A DNA stretch of 64,000 nucleotides from Pedobacter sp. (GCA_050253415.1 JBFWJC010000002.1:288001-352000), one strand, 5' to 3'. Shown: positions 8,920 through 19,401, counted from the first letter of the stretch. The notes: generated by a model not told the origin, from the sequence alone. Numbers and translations: made by a program.

Positions 8920-9927
8920 ATGCCCGTATATTCCGAAACCATACGTCGCTGGGCCACCGATACCCGTCGATGCCGTGATTTGATCGATCCGGCCGGTACG
9001 GGGGAGGTAGGTATGGCGCATGGCGAGGCCGGTACTCGGATCGCGGTGCGCTTTACGGTTCAAACGAAAGACCATCGCATCACCGATGTTGGCTACCAGG
9101 TGTTCGGTTGCGGATATTCCATGGCGGCGTGCGCCGCAGCGGCGGAGCTGGCATTTGACCATTCACTCGCGGTGGCCATGACTATCGGTGCCGCAGATGT
9201 GGATAACCTGCTCGGCGGCCTGCCGTCGGAACGCAGTTACTGTGCTGATCTGGCGGTGGAGGCCCTGCATGCGGCTCTCGTCAGTGCCACTGGCAATGCG
9301 CAAACCGTGCAGGCTGCTTATCGTCCCCACGACGAGGAGCATGGCCCTTTGGTCGCGGCGGATAATCCGCTCTACCGGGTATTGATGGACAGCACCGCAC
9401 CCGCCGGTGCCTCGGAAGAGGACCGTCATCTGTTTGCCTGTCTGCTGACCGTGGCCGCCGATGAACCTTATGATACGGCAGCGGCGCTTGGTCTAGAGGC
9501 TGACGAGCTGCTGGATGTGCTTGGCAACTGGTTCCCGGGCTGCAGTCCCGATCTCCTCCAACGCTTCGGAAGTCCCGCCCAGGTTCCGCCGCCCGAGTAC
9601 AACGAAGAAGTCCTGCAGATTCTGCTTGCTCATGTCCCAAAAAATGATGATGGTACCCCCCGGGCGTCTTCCCTCCATCTGGCCCGTATGATCGCTGCGC
9701 GTACCGCTCGACCGGGTCATCTTTGGGTGGCCATGGGATTGTTCGAACGCCCCCAGTTGAGCGCTTCCATTCGTCGCTTGTTGCCATCCCTGGCGGCTGC
9801 CAACAGTCAGAACATGCGCTGGAAACGCTATCTTTTCAAGCAGGTCTGCGATCTCAACGGCGGTACGATGTGCAAATCCCCCAATTGCGGAGAATGCAGC
9901 GATTACGCCATCTGTTTTCCGGAATGA
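8920..9927 (+). CDS. Fusion of NifU/IscU N-terminal scaffold domain and NifQ (Mo donor)
   Basis: N-half: YSETI...GTGEVG...QVFGCG...LGGLPSERSYCADLAVEAL. C-half: HLWVAMGL...NMRWKRYLFKQVC...CKSPNCGECSDYAIC (CX4CX2CX5C). Start moved to ATG 8920 because the upstream extension lies in a repeat. Confidence 0.85.
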   Translation: MPVYSETIRRWATDTRRCRDLIDPAGTGEVGMAHGEAGTRIAVRFTVQTKDHRITDVGYQVFGCGYSMAACAAAAELAFDHSLAVAMTIGAADVDNLLGGLPSERSYCADLAVEALHAALVSATGNAQTVQAAYRPHDEEHGPLVAADNPLYRVLMDSTAPAGASEEDRHLFACLLTVAADEPYDTAAALGLEADELLDVLGNWFPGCSPDLLQRFGSPAQVPPPEYNEEVLQILLAHVPKNDDGTPRASSLHLARMIAARTARPGHLWVAMGLFERPQLSASIRRLLPSLAAANSQNMRWKRYLFKQVCDLNGGTMCKSPNCGECSDYAICFPE

Positions 9928-10113
9928 TCGTGTAAGTGGCAAAATCGTCATTCGTCATTTGTTGATGGTAAGCTTCATACTGAGAACTTACAGCTTATAG
10001 CTGCTTGTCCCCTTCCCTTTGTCTTTTCCCCACCGGCAGGTTATAATCCGCTCCTGCGCAAGCCGGGAGTCCTTTGTCCCCCGGTCCATGGTTCCTGTCC
10101 GGAGGGGGCAAGT

Positions 10114-10998
10114 ATGCAAACTCTCAAGAGTACGTTGAATTACATCCATTCCCTGTTGGAGATGATCGCTTTTTCCCATTCGGTGTTCGCTTTTCCCTTC
10201 GCACTGCTCGGTGCGTTGCTGGCGGTGCAAGCCAGCGGCAGTTGGCCGACAATAGCCCAGATGGGCTGGATCTGTGTGGCCATGGTCGGCGCCCGCTCCG
10301 GTGCCATGGGGATTAACCGTATCGTCGATGCGGGGCTGGATGCCGAAAATCCACGTACGCGCGAGCGTCACATCCCCAGCGGCAAGGTGTCTCGGCGAGC
10401 GGCCTGGCTGTTGGTCGGGGTGTCCTTTGCCGCATTGCTGCTGGCGGCTGGGATGCTCAATCCGCTGTGCCTGGCATTGGCCCCGCTGGCCGTGGCCATG
10501 TTCGTCCTTTACCCGTTCTGCAAGCGCTTTACTTATCTATCCCATATCGTGTTGGGCGCGTGCCTGGGAGCGGCCCCGGTCGGTGCCTGGATCGCCCTGC
10601 GCGGCGATATCCGCTGGCCGGTGCTGTTGTTGGGGATCGCGGTGCTGCTTTGGGTGGCAGGTTTCGATATCCTTTATGCGCTGCAGGATGAAAGTCATGA
10701 TCGGCAGGCCGGACTGCACTCCTTGCCGGTTCGCCTGGGCGCGCGCCGTGCTCTGTTGCTGGCGCGACTGCTGCATGTTCTGATGTTGCTTTTGCTGGTG
10801 GCCGTGGCTGTTGGCGGTGGCCTGGGAGGGATTTTTCTGTTCGGGGTATTGGTGACGACCGGGCTGCTGGCCTGGGAGCATCATCTGGTCAGCCCCGATG
10901 ATCTGAGCTGTTTGGATAAAGCGTTTTTCACCATGAATGGGGTGGTCAGCGTGCTATTGTTTTTATTTGCGTTGGTGGATGTTTTGATCCGGATTTAA
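10114..10998 (+). CDS. ubiA: UbiA-family polyprenyltransferase (MqnP type)
   Basis: HSVFAFPFA, NRIVDAGLDAENPRT, GFDILYALQD motifs; clustered with mqn genes. Confidence 0.9.
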   Translation: MQTLKSTLNYIHSLLEMIAFSHSVFAFPFALLGALLAVQASGSWPTIAQMGWICVAMVGARSGAMGINRIVDAGLDAENPRTRERHIPSGKVSRRAAWLLVGVSFAALLLAAGMLNPLCLALAPLAVAMFVLYPFCKRFTYLSHIVLGACLGAAPVGAWIALRGDIRWPVLLLGIAVLLWVAGFDILYALQDESHDRQAGLHSLPVRLGARRALLLARLLHVLMLLLLVAVAVGGGLGGIFLFGVLVTTGLLAWEHHLVSPDDLSCLDKAFFTMNGVVSVLLFLFALVDVLIRI

Positions 10999-11006
10999 AA
11001 GGGAGT

Positions 11007-11475
11007 TGTTGCCGGAATCGGCGTTGCTGGATTTGATAGATGCTTTTGCATTCGTCGTTGCTTTCCCCCCTATGACGCCGCCGGAGCGGAGCGATCGACG
11101 GGCGAAACAGGCGGAGGACTGAGCGCAGCGAATTTTCTCCGCCCGACCGACGGTTGCGCAGCGCAGGGAACGCGCCGCAGGCGTGACCCCGCGGTCTTGA
11201 CTTTGGTTTGGCTTCTTGAAATCTTAACATCAAGTTCGCCGGTCCCGGCCGGCAGCCGGGATACTTTCTTTACCCGTCTAAAGAAAGTATCCAAAGAAAA
11301 GACGTAAGGTCTGGCTTCGCCGTTATGTCTGACGCCAGGTTGAAAGTGTCGAATTACTGTAGTTGCGAATGGCTAGCGGCGCGTCTGCGTAGGACGCATT
11401 TTTCAGCAGAGGTGATGCGCACAGCTCGCAGCACAGCTGTTGCAGGAACCGGCGCTGCGAGATTTGATAAACGCT
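11007..11475 (-). repeat. Intergenic structured repeat, copy B (M2, then internally deleted M1, then start of M2)
   Basis: Reverse complement matches 5389-5640 and 5144-5160/5236-5356 in permuted order. Confidence 0.9.
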
Positions 11476-11579
11476 TTTGTCTCCGTCTTTGACTATATTT
11501 GCCCCCTGCAATGCCTCTGAAGATGAGCAAATGGTGGGTGAAACAAGCGCAATAAATAAACCGGAGAAGGGAATTTCCG

Positions 11580-12185
11580 ATGCAACATATCCTTGTAGCT
11601 ATGACCGGTGCCTCCGGCGCGGTTTACGGCCTTAGGCTGGTCGAAGAACTGTTGGCCTCCAATTGCCGGGTGACCCTGCTTTTGAGCCGTTCCGGCCGTC
11701 AGGTGCTGGCGCACGAAACCGGCCTGGACTGGCAAGGGGATGTGGCTCAGCGGCTGGCGCAAATGCGGCAGTATTTCCATTGCGGTGAACATCTGACCCA
11801 CTACGACGGGGATGATATATGTGCGCCGCCGGCCAGTGGTTCAGCAGCGCTTTCCGCCATGGTGGTCATGCCTTGTTCAATGGGTACGGCAGGTCGTTTG
11901 GCGTCTGGAATCAGCGGTAATCTCATCGAGCGGGCGGCGGATGTCATGTTGAAGGAAAACCGGCCGTTATTGCTGGTGCCTCGGGAAACACCGTTGTCGG
12001 TTATTCATCTGGAAAATCTGCTGCGCCTGGCGCGGGCCGGAGCGCGTATCGTGCCGGCCATGCCGGCTTTTTACCAAAAGCCCCAGAGTATGGCGGAACT
12101 GGTCGATTTCATGGTCGGCAAGGTTCTTGACGGGCTGGGTATCGAGCACAAACTCTTTCATCGCTGGGGGGAGGACGCATCGTGA
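11580..12185 (+). CDS. ubiX: UbiX-family flavin prenyltransferase
   Basis: VAMTGASGAVYG, ASGS, PCSMGT, RAADVMLKE, PRETP, PAMPAFY motifs. Confidence 0.93.
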   Translation: MQHILVAMTGASGAVYGLRLVEELLASNCRVTLLLSRSGRQVLAHETGLDWQGDVAQRLAQMRQYFHCGEHLTHYDGDDICAPPASGSAALSAMVVMPCSMGTAGRLASGISGNLIERAADVMLKENRPLLLVPRETPLSVIHLENLLRLARAGARIVPAMPAFYQKPQSMAELVDFMVGKVLDGLGIEHKLFHRWGEDAS

Positions 12186-13270
12186 TGTCCCTGCCCGAGA
12201 TTGCCGCCAAGGTTCAAGAGGGTACGCGCCTGAACGAGGATGACGCCGCTTTTCTGTTCCAGTGCCCTGATTTGCTGGCGGTTGGCGAACTGGCGGCTTT
12301 GGCCAATCGTCGTCTGCACGGCGACAAGGTTTATTTCAACGTTAATCGCCACATCAACTACACCAACCTGTGCGTGAATAACTGCGCTTTTTGTGCTTTC
12401 CGACGCGACGAAGGGGACACGGGCGGTTATACCCTGACACTGGATGAGATCGCCGCCCGGGCGGGTGGGGCGGCTGCCGCCGGCGCCACCGAAGTGCATG
12501 TGGTGGGTGGCCTGCACCCCCATTTGCCGCTGGCGTTTTACGAACAGTTGCTCGGCGCCATCCGCCAAGCCGGCCCGGCGCTGCATATCAAGGGTTTCAC
12601 CGCCGTGGAGTTGGAGCATTTTGCCAGCATCAGCGGTTTACCGCTGGAGACGGTCATCCGCCGTTTGCAGGCGGCCGGTTTGCAATCGCTGCCCGGTGGC
12701 GGCGCGGAGATCTTCGCCGAGCGTGCCCGGGCGCAACTCTGCCCGGAAAAGATTTCCGGCAGCCGCTGGCTGGAAGTCATGCGCGTGGTTCATGCAGCCG
12801 GGCTGCGTTCCAACGCCACCATGCTGTTCGGTCATCTGGAGACGCAGGCCGAGCGTATCGACCACCTGGCGGGCCTGCGGGCATTGCAGGATGAAACAGG
12901 CGGCTTTCAGGCGTTTGTCGCACTGCCGTTTCAGCATGTCGCCACCCGTCTGGATGGGTTGCGTGGCCCCGGCGGGGTCGATATCCTGAAAACTCTGGCG
13001 GTGGCGCGCCTGTTCCTCGACAACATCCCCCATATCAAGGCTTACTGGGTGATGCTCGGTGTCAAGCTGGCGCAGGTGGCGCTGGCTTTTGGCGTTAACG
13101 ACCTGGACGGCACGGTTGTGGAAGAGCAGATCGGCCATCAGGCTGGCGCCGCCTCGCCGCAGGCGCTCAGCCGCGAGGGCCTGATGCGCCTGATCCGCAA
13201 GGCTGACCGTACCCCGGTGGAGCGTGACAGCCTGTATCGGGAAATTTGCCGGGAGCAGGGCGTATGTTGA
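12182..13270 (+). CDS. mqnE: Aminofutalosine synthase, radical SAM
   Basis: YFNVNRHINYTNLCVNNCAFC (CX3CX2C), HVVGG, PGGGAEIF, HIKAYWVM, DLDGTVVEE. Start may be 12185. Confidence 0.88.
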   Translation: MMSLPEIAAKVQEGTRLNEDDAAFLFQCPDLLAVGELAALANRRLHGDKVYFNVNRHINYTNLCVNNCAFCAFRRDEGDTGGYTLTLDEIAARAGGAAAAGATEVHVVGGLHPHLPLAFYEQLLGAIRQAGPALHIKGFTAVELEHFASISGLPLETVIRRLQAAGLQSLPGGGAEIFAERARAQLCPEKISGSRWLEVMRVVHAAGLRSNATMLFGHLETQAERIDHLAGLRALQDETGGFQAFVALPFQHVATRLDGLRGPGGVDILKTLAVARLFLDNIPHIKAYWVMLGVKLAQVALAFGVNDLDGTVVEEQIGHQAGAASPQALSREGLMRLIRKADRTPVERDSLYREICREQGVC

Positions 13271-14331
13271 AGTCGATCACTGACAAGCTCGATGCAGGTC
13301 GTGGCCTCGACCGTCAAGACACCCTGTATTTATTGCGGGAAGCCGATCTGTTAGCCCTTGGGCGGTTGGCCGATTCACTACGACGCCGGCTGCATCCGGA
13401 GGGGCGGGTGACGTTCGTGGTTGATCGCAACGTCAACTACACCAACGTCTGCCAGACGGGCTGCTGCTTTTGCGCCTTCTACCGGCAGCCGGGCGCTGCC
13501 GATGCCTATCTGCTGTCCCATGAGCAGATTCTCGACAAGGTCGCCGAACTTGCCGACTGCGGCGGTACCCAGCTGTTGCTGCAGGGCGGTTTGCACCCTG
13601 AGTTGCGCATCGAATGGTTCGAGCAACTGTTTGCTACCCTGCGTCGGCAGTTTCCCGAAGTGCAGATTCATTCGCTGTCACCGGCTGAGATCGTCCATCT
13701 GGCCGCGCAGTCCGACCTTTCGGTGGAGAGCTGTCTGCGACGTCTGCAGGCGGCCGGTCTGGCGTCGCTGCCCGGCGGCGGGGCCGAGATCCTGGTGGAT
13801 CGGGTGCGCCGCCGCATCTCGCCGGACAAGATCGGCTGGCGTCAATGGGTCGAAGTGATGGAGATCGCCCACCGACTGGGTATGCCGGGCACGGCGACCA
13901 TGATGTTCGGCGCCGGCGAAACCGATGAGGATATTGTCACCCATCTGCTGAGGGTGCGGACCCTGCAACAACGCACCGGCGGTTTCAGCGCGTTTATTCC
14001 CTGGTCCTATCAGCCCGGCAACACCGAGCTTGGCGGCGAAGAGGCGACCGGCACCGACTATCTGCGGGTGCTGGCCGTATCCCGGCTGGTGTTGCACAAT
14101 ATTCCCAATATCCAGGCCAGTTGGGTTACCCAGGGGGGCAAGCTTGCCCAGGTGGCACTGTTTTTCGGTGCCAACGATCTGGGTGGCACCATGCTCGAGG
14201 AAAATGTGGTGGCTGCCGCCGGTGCCACTTTCCGTCTTGACCGTGAAGAACTTCTGACGCTGGTGCGCGAGGCCGGCTTTGTGCCTGCCCGGCGCACGAC
14301 GGGTTATGAAATACTGGAAGAATATGTTTGA
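13264..14331 (+). CDS. mqnC: Cyclic dehypoxanthine futalosine synthase, radical SAM
   Basis: TFVVDRNVNYTNVCQTGCCFCAF, LLQGG, NIQASWVTQG, GTMLEENVV. Confidence 0.9.
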   Translation: MLKSITDKLDAGRGLDRQDTLYLLREADLLALGRLADSLRRRLHPEGRVTFVVDRNVNYTNVCQTGCCFCAFYRQPGAADAYLLSHEQILDKVAELADCGGTQLLLQGGLHPELRIEWFEQLFATLRRQFPEVQIHSLSPAEIVHLAAQSDLSVESCLRRLQAAGLASLPGGGAEILVDRVRRRISPDKIGWRQWVEVMEIAHRLGMPGTATMMFGAGETDEDIVTHLLRVRTLQQRTGGFSAFIPWSYQPGNTELGGEEATGTDYLRVLAVSRLVLHNIPNIQASWVTQGGKLAQVALFFGANDLGGTMLEENVVAAAGATFRLDREELLTLVREAGFVPARRTTGYEILEEYV

Positions 14332-14345
14332 GGCAAGAGGGGCAT

Positions 14346-14450
14346 GTGACTGGTGACTGGTGACTGGTGACTGGTGACTGGTGACTGGTGACTGGTGACT
14401 GGTGACTGGTGACTGGTGACTGGTGACTGGTGACTGGTGACTGGTGACTG
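14346..14450 (+). repeat. Perfect heptamer tandem repeat (GTGACTG)x15
   Basis: 105 nt = 15 exact units, 14 nt after the mqnC stop; degenerate inverted units at 14531-14558. Confidence 0.97.
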
Positions 14451-14644
14451 GAAACCCCATTCCTGTCGCGTCGCCGGAATGGAGCGGTTGGCCCCGCACT
14501 CTAGAAGGGCACGGTTTCAGGAGCCTCAACCAATCACTAATCACCAATTACCACCCACTTTCCTTTAAGGTCAACCTTGCACCCGCCTGAAATTTCCTTT
14601 AGGCTGTCAGTTTCAGTCATCAACTTCTTCATGCCGGAGACATC

Positions 14645-15688
14645 ATGAACCCGATGCGCAGAAATATTGCCCAAATGGCCGGTTACGTCCCAGGCTTTCA
14701 GCCTCGCGACGAACATCATTATATCAAGCTCAATACCAACGAAAACCCTTATCCTCCCTCGCCGCGGGTGATCGAGGCGATCCTTGCCGAGGTGGGCGAC
14801 AATCTGCGCAAGTATCCCGATGCCGCCAGTCGTGCGGGCTGCGAAGAGGCGGGGCGACTGTACGGGTTTGATCCCGAGTGGGTCATCATGGCCAACGGTT
14901 CCGATGAGGTACTCAATAACCTGATCCGCGCCTTTGCCGGGGAAGGGGAGGAAATCGCCTACGTGCATCCTTCCTATTCCTATTACAGCACGCTGGCCGA
15001 GGTGCAGGGTGCCAAGGTCAAGACCTTTCTGCTCGACGAGGGTTGGGCGTTGAAGGATTTTCCCGAGCGCTATACCGGCAAGCTGTTCTTTCTGACCAAT
15101 CCCAACGCACCCCTGGGTTTCTGTTATCCCCAGAAATTCATCGAGGAATTGGCCGGTCGGGTCGATGGCATGCTGGTGGTGGATGAAGCCTATGCCGATT
15201 TTGCCAAGGAGAATTCTCTGGATCTGGTGCGGCGTCTGCCCAACGTGGTGGTGACGCGTACCTTTTCCAAAAGCTACTCGCTGGCCGGTATGCGCCTGGG
15301 GTTGGCTATCGCCCGCCCGGAGGTGATTGCCGCTCTGAACAAGATTCGTGATCACTATAACCTCGATCGTCTGGCCCAGGCGGCCTGCGTGGCGGCGCTG
15401 GCGGATCAGGAATATTTCCAGCAATGCGTCGCAAAAATCCGTGAAACGCGCGATTGGTTCAGCGCCGAACTGCGGGTGCTGGGCTGGGAGGTTATCCCTT
15501 CCCACGGCAACTTTGTGTTTGCGTCGCCGCCGGACCGCAACGGCAAGCGCATCTACGAGGGGTTGTACGAGCGGCGCATACTGGTACGTTATTTCAGCGA
15601 TCCGGTGCTGGCCCACGGACTGCGGATCTCCATCGGCACCCGTGAGGAGATGGAAAAGACTCTGGCGGCATTGGTCGAGATCGGTTGA
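14645..15688 (+). CDS. hisC: Histidinol-phosphate aminotransferase
   Basis: [39 protein letters not shown] (PLP lysine). Confidence 0.93.
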   Translation: MNPMRRNIAQMAGYVPGFQPRDEHHYIKLNTNENPYPPSPRVIEAILAEVGDNLRKYPDAASRAGCEEAGRLYGFDPEWVIMANGSDEVLNNLIRAFAGEGEEIAYVHPSYSYYSTLAEVQGAKVKTFLLDEGWALKDFPERYTGKLFFLTNPNAPLGFCYPQKFIEELAGRVDGMLVVDEAYADFAKENSLDLVRRLPNVVVTRTFSKSYSLAGMRLGLAIARPEVIAALNKIRDHYNLDRLAQAACVAALADQEYFQQCVAKIRETRDWFSAELRVLGWEVIPSHGNFVFASPPDRNGKRIYEGLYERRILVRYFSDPVLAHGLRISIGTREEMEKTLAALVEIG

Positions 15689-16779
15689 GCGGACCGGTAA
15701 TGCAACCGTTGCCCTGGCCGGCCGAGGACATGAACCGACGTCTGCTGGCCTGGTATGGCCGGGTCGGCCGCGATCTGCCGTGGCGTCGCACCCGCGATCC
15801 TTACCGCATCTGGCTATCGGAAATCATGCTGCAGCAGACCGGCGTGGTAGCGGTTATCCCCTACTACGAACGTTTTCTGGCGGCGTTTCCTGATGTTGCT
15901 GCGTTGGCTGCCGCGCCGCTGGATCAGGTGTTTGAGCTGTGGGCCGGACTCGGTTATTACCGCCGCGCTCGTTTTCTGCACGAAGCCGCGTGCCGGGTGA
16001 TGTCGGAGCATGGAGGCCGGTTCCCCGAGCAACTCGATACCATTATGAGCTTGCCGGGCATCGGGCGTTCTACAGCCGGTGCCATTGTATCCATCGCCTT
16101 TGATCGTAAAGGTCCCATCCTGGATGGCAATGTGCGGCGCGTGCTGTGCCGCTTGCTGGCCGTATCCGGAGACCCGCGTTCCGGCAAGGTGGAAAAACAG
16201 CTCTGGCAGTTGGCCGAAACCCTCACACCGGAGGATCGGCCCCACGATTACGCCCAGGCGATTATGGATCTGGGGGCTACTGTCTGCACGCCGCGTCGGC
16301 CCGATTGTGCGGCCTGTCCCTTGTCCGGGCTGTGCCAGGCTTTCTGGCAGGGACTGCAGGAGCAGTTGCCGCAGCGCAGCGTTCGCAAAAGCGTACCGTC
16401 GGTGCGCCAGGTGGCATTGCTGATTCGCGATCAGGGCCGTTACTTGGTGTGCAAGCGTCCGTTGGATGGTATGCTGGGCGGCCTGTGGGAGTTTCCATCC
16501 GCGACGGTCCCCGAGGGCGGAGAACCCGAAGATGCGGCCCGTGCGGTGTTGGTCGGTGAGGGGCTTTCCGCCACTCTGGAGGCGCTGGGAACGGTTCGTC
16601 ATGCCTACAGCCACTTTCGCGTCGAACTTTTTCTGTTTGCCTGCCAGGGGAGCGGTGCCGGGTGCGTCGGCGAGGAAGGAAGCCGTTGGCTCACACTGGC
16701 GGAACTGGCCGAATGGCCGCTGCACGGCTCCCATAAAAAAGCCCTCGCCTTGACTCTGGAGCAGGGCTCAAATTGTTGA
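15685..16779 (+). CDS. mutY: A/G-specific adenine glycosylase
   Basis: [34 protein letters not shown] (HhH), DGNVRRV, Fe-S cysteines. Start may be 15700. Confidence 0.95.
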   Translation: MSGPVMQPLPWPAEDMNRRLLAWYGRVGRDLPWRRTRDPYRIWLSEIMLQQTGVVAVIPYYERFLAAFPDVAALAAAPLDQVFELWAGLGYYRRARFLHEAACRVMSEHGGRFPEQLDTIMSLPGIGRSTAGAIVSIAFDRKGPILDGNVRRVLCRLLAVSGDPRSGKVEKQLWQLAETLTPEDRPHDYAQAIMDLGATVCTPRRPDCAACPLSGLCQAFWQGLQEQLPQRSVRKSVPSVRQVALLIRDQGRYLVCKRPLDGMLGGLWEFPSATVPEGGEPEDAARAVLVGEGLSATLEALGTVRHAYSHFRVELFLFACQGSGAGCVGEEGSRWLTLAELAEWPLHGSHKKALALTLEQGSNC

Positions 16780-16815
16780 TAGATTTTTTTTTCCATAAAG
16801 AACCGAGGAGAACGC

Positions 16816-17943
16816 ATGTCTTTACCCCCCATCCTGGTTGATGATGCTTCCGTGGTCATGCTGGCGCAGGAGCTAAGCGCCGAACACATCATTGCCGTGG
16901 ATCTCGAAGCCGATTCCCTGCATTCCTACCAGGACAAAGTCTGTCTGATACAGATCTCCACGCCAACCCGTACGGTGCTTGTCGACCCCTTGGCCGCTAA
17001 GGATCTCTCCCCTCTCGCACCGGTGTTGGCCAACCCCGCCATCCGTAAGATTTTTCATGCTGCCGATTACGATATCCGGAGTTTGTACCGTGACTTCGGT
17101 ATGGAAATTCGTGGTCTTTTCGATACCATGATAGCCTGCCAGATGCTGGGTGAAGAGCGTGTCGGCCTGGCCGATGTGCTTGGCAAATATATGAATGTCA
17201 CTTTGGATAAACGTTATCAGCGGGCCGACTGGTCGAAGCGTCCGCTTGAGGAGGGCATGGTCCGTTATGCTGCGGAAGATACCTGTCACCTTCACCAATT
17301 GGCGGAAATGCTCGAACAGCGATTGCTTGACATGGGGCGTCTGAGCTGGGCCGAGGAGGAGTTTGCGTTGCTGGAGCAGGTGCGTCCGTCGGAAAATAAC
17401 GGACCGCTGTTTTTGCGTGTCAAGGGGGCCGCGCTGCTGGAGCGCAAACAGCTGGCGGTACTCGATCAATTGTTGCAATGGCGCGATGAGGAAGCCTGCC
17501 GCAGGGATCGTCCTCCGTTTAAAATCGTCGGCAACAAGACCCTGCTCGATCTGGCCAGGATCATGCCTGGCGGTCTTGGGGAGACGAGTAATGTGGAAGG
17601 TTTTTCGCCGCGTCTGGCGGATCGCTACGGACGTGCTCTGCTCGGTGCGGTGCGCAAAGGCATGGCACTGCCCAAGGAGCAATGGCCGGTGTATCCCCGT
17701 GGCGAGCGGCGTGAGCGCGACCCTGCCGTGGAGGAGCGCATGAAGGTGCTTAAAAATGTGCGCAGTGCCATGGCTGAACGGTTGGCCATGGATCCAGGCG
17801 TGCTGGTTAATAATGCCCAGCTCGAAGGTCTGGCCAGAGCCTGCCCCGCCAACCTGCAACAGGTGGCAGAGCTGGGGGTGCTGAAAAACTGGCAGCGGGA
17901 AGTACTCGGTGAAGAGGCGGTGCGCGCATTGGCGCAGGCCTGA
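16816..17943 (+). CDS. rnd: Ribonuclease D (3'-5' exonuclease plus HRDC)
   Basis: AVDLEAD, CLIQIS, HAADYD, FDTMIA, DWSKRPL, YAAED motifs; HRDC region. Confidence 0.88.
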   Translation: MSLPPILVDDASVVMLAQELSAEHIIAVDLEADSLHSYQDKVCLIQISTPTRTVLVDPLAAKDLSPLAPVLANPAIRKIFHAADYDIRSLYRDFGMEIRGLFDTMIACQMLGEERVGLADVLGKYMNVTLDKRYQRADWSKRPLEEGMVRYAAEDTCHLHQLAEMLEQRLLDMGRLSWAEEEFALLEQVRPSENNGPLFLRVKGAALLERKQLAVLDQLLQWRDEEACRRDRPPFKIVGNKTLLDLARIMPGGLGETSNVEGFSPRLADRYGRALLGAVRKGMALPKEQWPVYPRGERRERDPAVEERMKVLKNVRSAMAERLAMDPGVLVNNAQLEGLARACPANLQQVAELGVLKNWQREVLGEEAVRALAQA

Positions 17944-17960
17944 TACGTAAAGGAAAACAG

Positions 17961-17984
17961 CGGCCGGGGCGTGAGCCCCGGCCG
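17961..17984. terminator. Hairpin between convergent rnd and fumC
   Basis: cggccggggc-gtga-gccccggccg perfect inverted repeat. Confidence 0.7.
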
Positions 17985-17994
17985 ACTTTGACTG

Positions 17995-19401
17995 CTAGCG
18001 GGTTTTGCCCGGGATACCGGGCTCGGTCATGGGGCGCGGATCCAGAATGCGCGCCAGTTCCTCGGCCGGTAACACTTTCTGCTCCAGCGCCACTTCACGT
18101 ACGGTGCGACCGGTGGCGAAGGCCTGTTTGGCGATATCCGCAGCCTTGTCGTAGCCGATCACCGGTGCCAGCGCGGTACACATGGCCAGGCTCTGCTCCA
18201 CCAGCGATTCGCAGCGCGTCCGGTCGGCTTCCAGCCCCTGCAGACAGCGCAGGGTGAACTGGGTGGAGGCGTTGCCCAGCAGGGCGATCGATTGCAGCAG
18301 GTTATGGGTCATGACCGGCATCATCACATTCAACTCAAAATTACCGGACAGTCCGCCCAGGGTAATGGCCGCATCGTTGCCGACCACCTGGCTGCATACC
18401 TGCATGAGGCTTTCGGCCATGACCGGATTGACTTTGCCCGGCATGATGGAGCTGCCCGGCTGCACCGGCGGCAACAGCAACTCGCCGATACCGCAGCGCG
18501 GGCCGCTGCCGAGCAGGCGGATATCGTTGGCGATTTTGAACAGCGCGCATGCGGTCCGCTTGAGGGCGCCACTGGTGGCCACCACGGCATCCTTGGATGC
18601 CTGCGCTTCGAAATGGTTGCTGGCCTCGCGAAATTCGAGACCGGTGTGATCACCGATAGCGGCGATGACGCGGGAGGCGAATTGCGGGTGCGCATTGAGG
18701 CCGGTGCCGACCGCAGTGCCGCCCAAGGCCAGTTCCAGCAGGTCGTCCTGGGCGCGTTCGATGCCGCGGATGGCCAGCGCCAGTTGCCGGGCGTAGCCCG
18801 AAAACACCTGGCCGAGGCGTACTGGTGTGGCATCCTGCAGGTGGGTACGGCCGATCTTGATAATGTCGTTGAAAGCCAGGGCCTTTTCACCAAGGGTTTC
18901 CTGCATGTCAAACAGCGCCTTGACCAGCATGTTACGGATTTCAAGGGCTGCGGCGATATGCATGGCGGTGGGGATGACGTCGTTGCTCGACTGGCCGAGG
19001 TTGACATGATCGTTGGGGTGTACCGCCCGGGAGCCAACCGTTTTACCTAATATCTGGGCAGCGCGGTTGGCAATGACTTCGTTGGCGTTCATGTTGGTGC
19101 TGGTGCCGGAGCCGGTCTGAAAGATGTCGAGCACAAAATGCTCGTCAAGCTGGCCGTTCATTACCTCTTCGGCCGCCTGTATGATGGCCGCCGCGCGCTG
19201 CTCATCAAGCATGCCCAGTTCAAGGTTGGCCTGTGCGGCGTAACGCTTGATCAGACCGAGGGCATGAATGAAGGGGCGCGGAAAACGTTGCCCGGAAATA
19301 GGAAAATTTGCCAGTGCCCGCGCAGTCTGGGCGCCGTATAGTGCCGAAGCGGGGACTTCCATGGTGCCCATGGAATCCTTTTCAATTCTGGTCGTGGTCA
19401 T
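17995..19401 (-). CDS. fumC: Class II fumarate hydratase
   Basis: RIEKDSMG, QTGSGTSTNMNANEV, GRTHLQDA, PGSSIMPGKVNP signature. Confidence 0.95.
   Translation of the reverse strand: MTTTRIEKDSMGTMEVPASALYGAQTARALANFPISGQRFPRPFIHALGLIKRYAAQANLELGMLDEQRAAAIIQAAEEVMNGQLDEHFVLDIFQTGSGTSTNMNANEVIANRAAQILGKTVGSRAVHPNDHVNLGQSSNDVIPTAMHIAAALEIRNMLVKALFDMQETLGEKALAFNDIIKIGRTHLQDATPVRLGQVFSGYARQLALAIRGIERAQDDLLELALGGTAVGTGLNAHPQFASRVIAAIGDHTGLEFREASNHFEAQASKDAVVATSGALKRTACALFKIANDIRLLGSGPRCGIGELLLPPVQPGSSIMPGKVNPVMAESLMQVCSQVVGNDAAITLGGLSGNFELNVMMPVMTHNLLQSIALLGNASTQFTLRCLQGLEADRTRCESLVEQSLAMCTALAPVIGYDKAADIAKQAFATGRTVREVALEQKVLPAEELARILDPRPMTEPGIPGKTR

Noticed and set aside
5144..11475. CRISPR interpretation of the repeats or heptamer arrays
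   Set aside because: No regularly spaced 25-45 nt direct repeats with unique spacers, and no cas genes.
13678..14547. ORF with VTSHQSP repeats
   Set aside because: Translation of the (GTGACTG)15 array plus antisense of mqnC.
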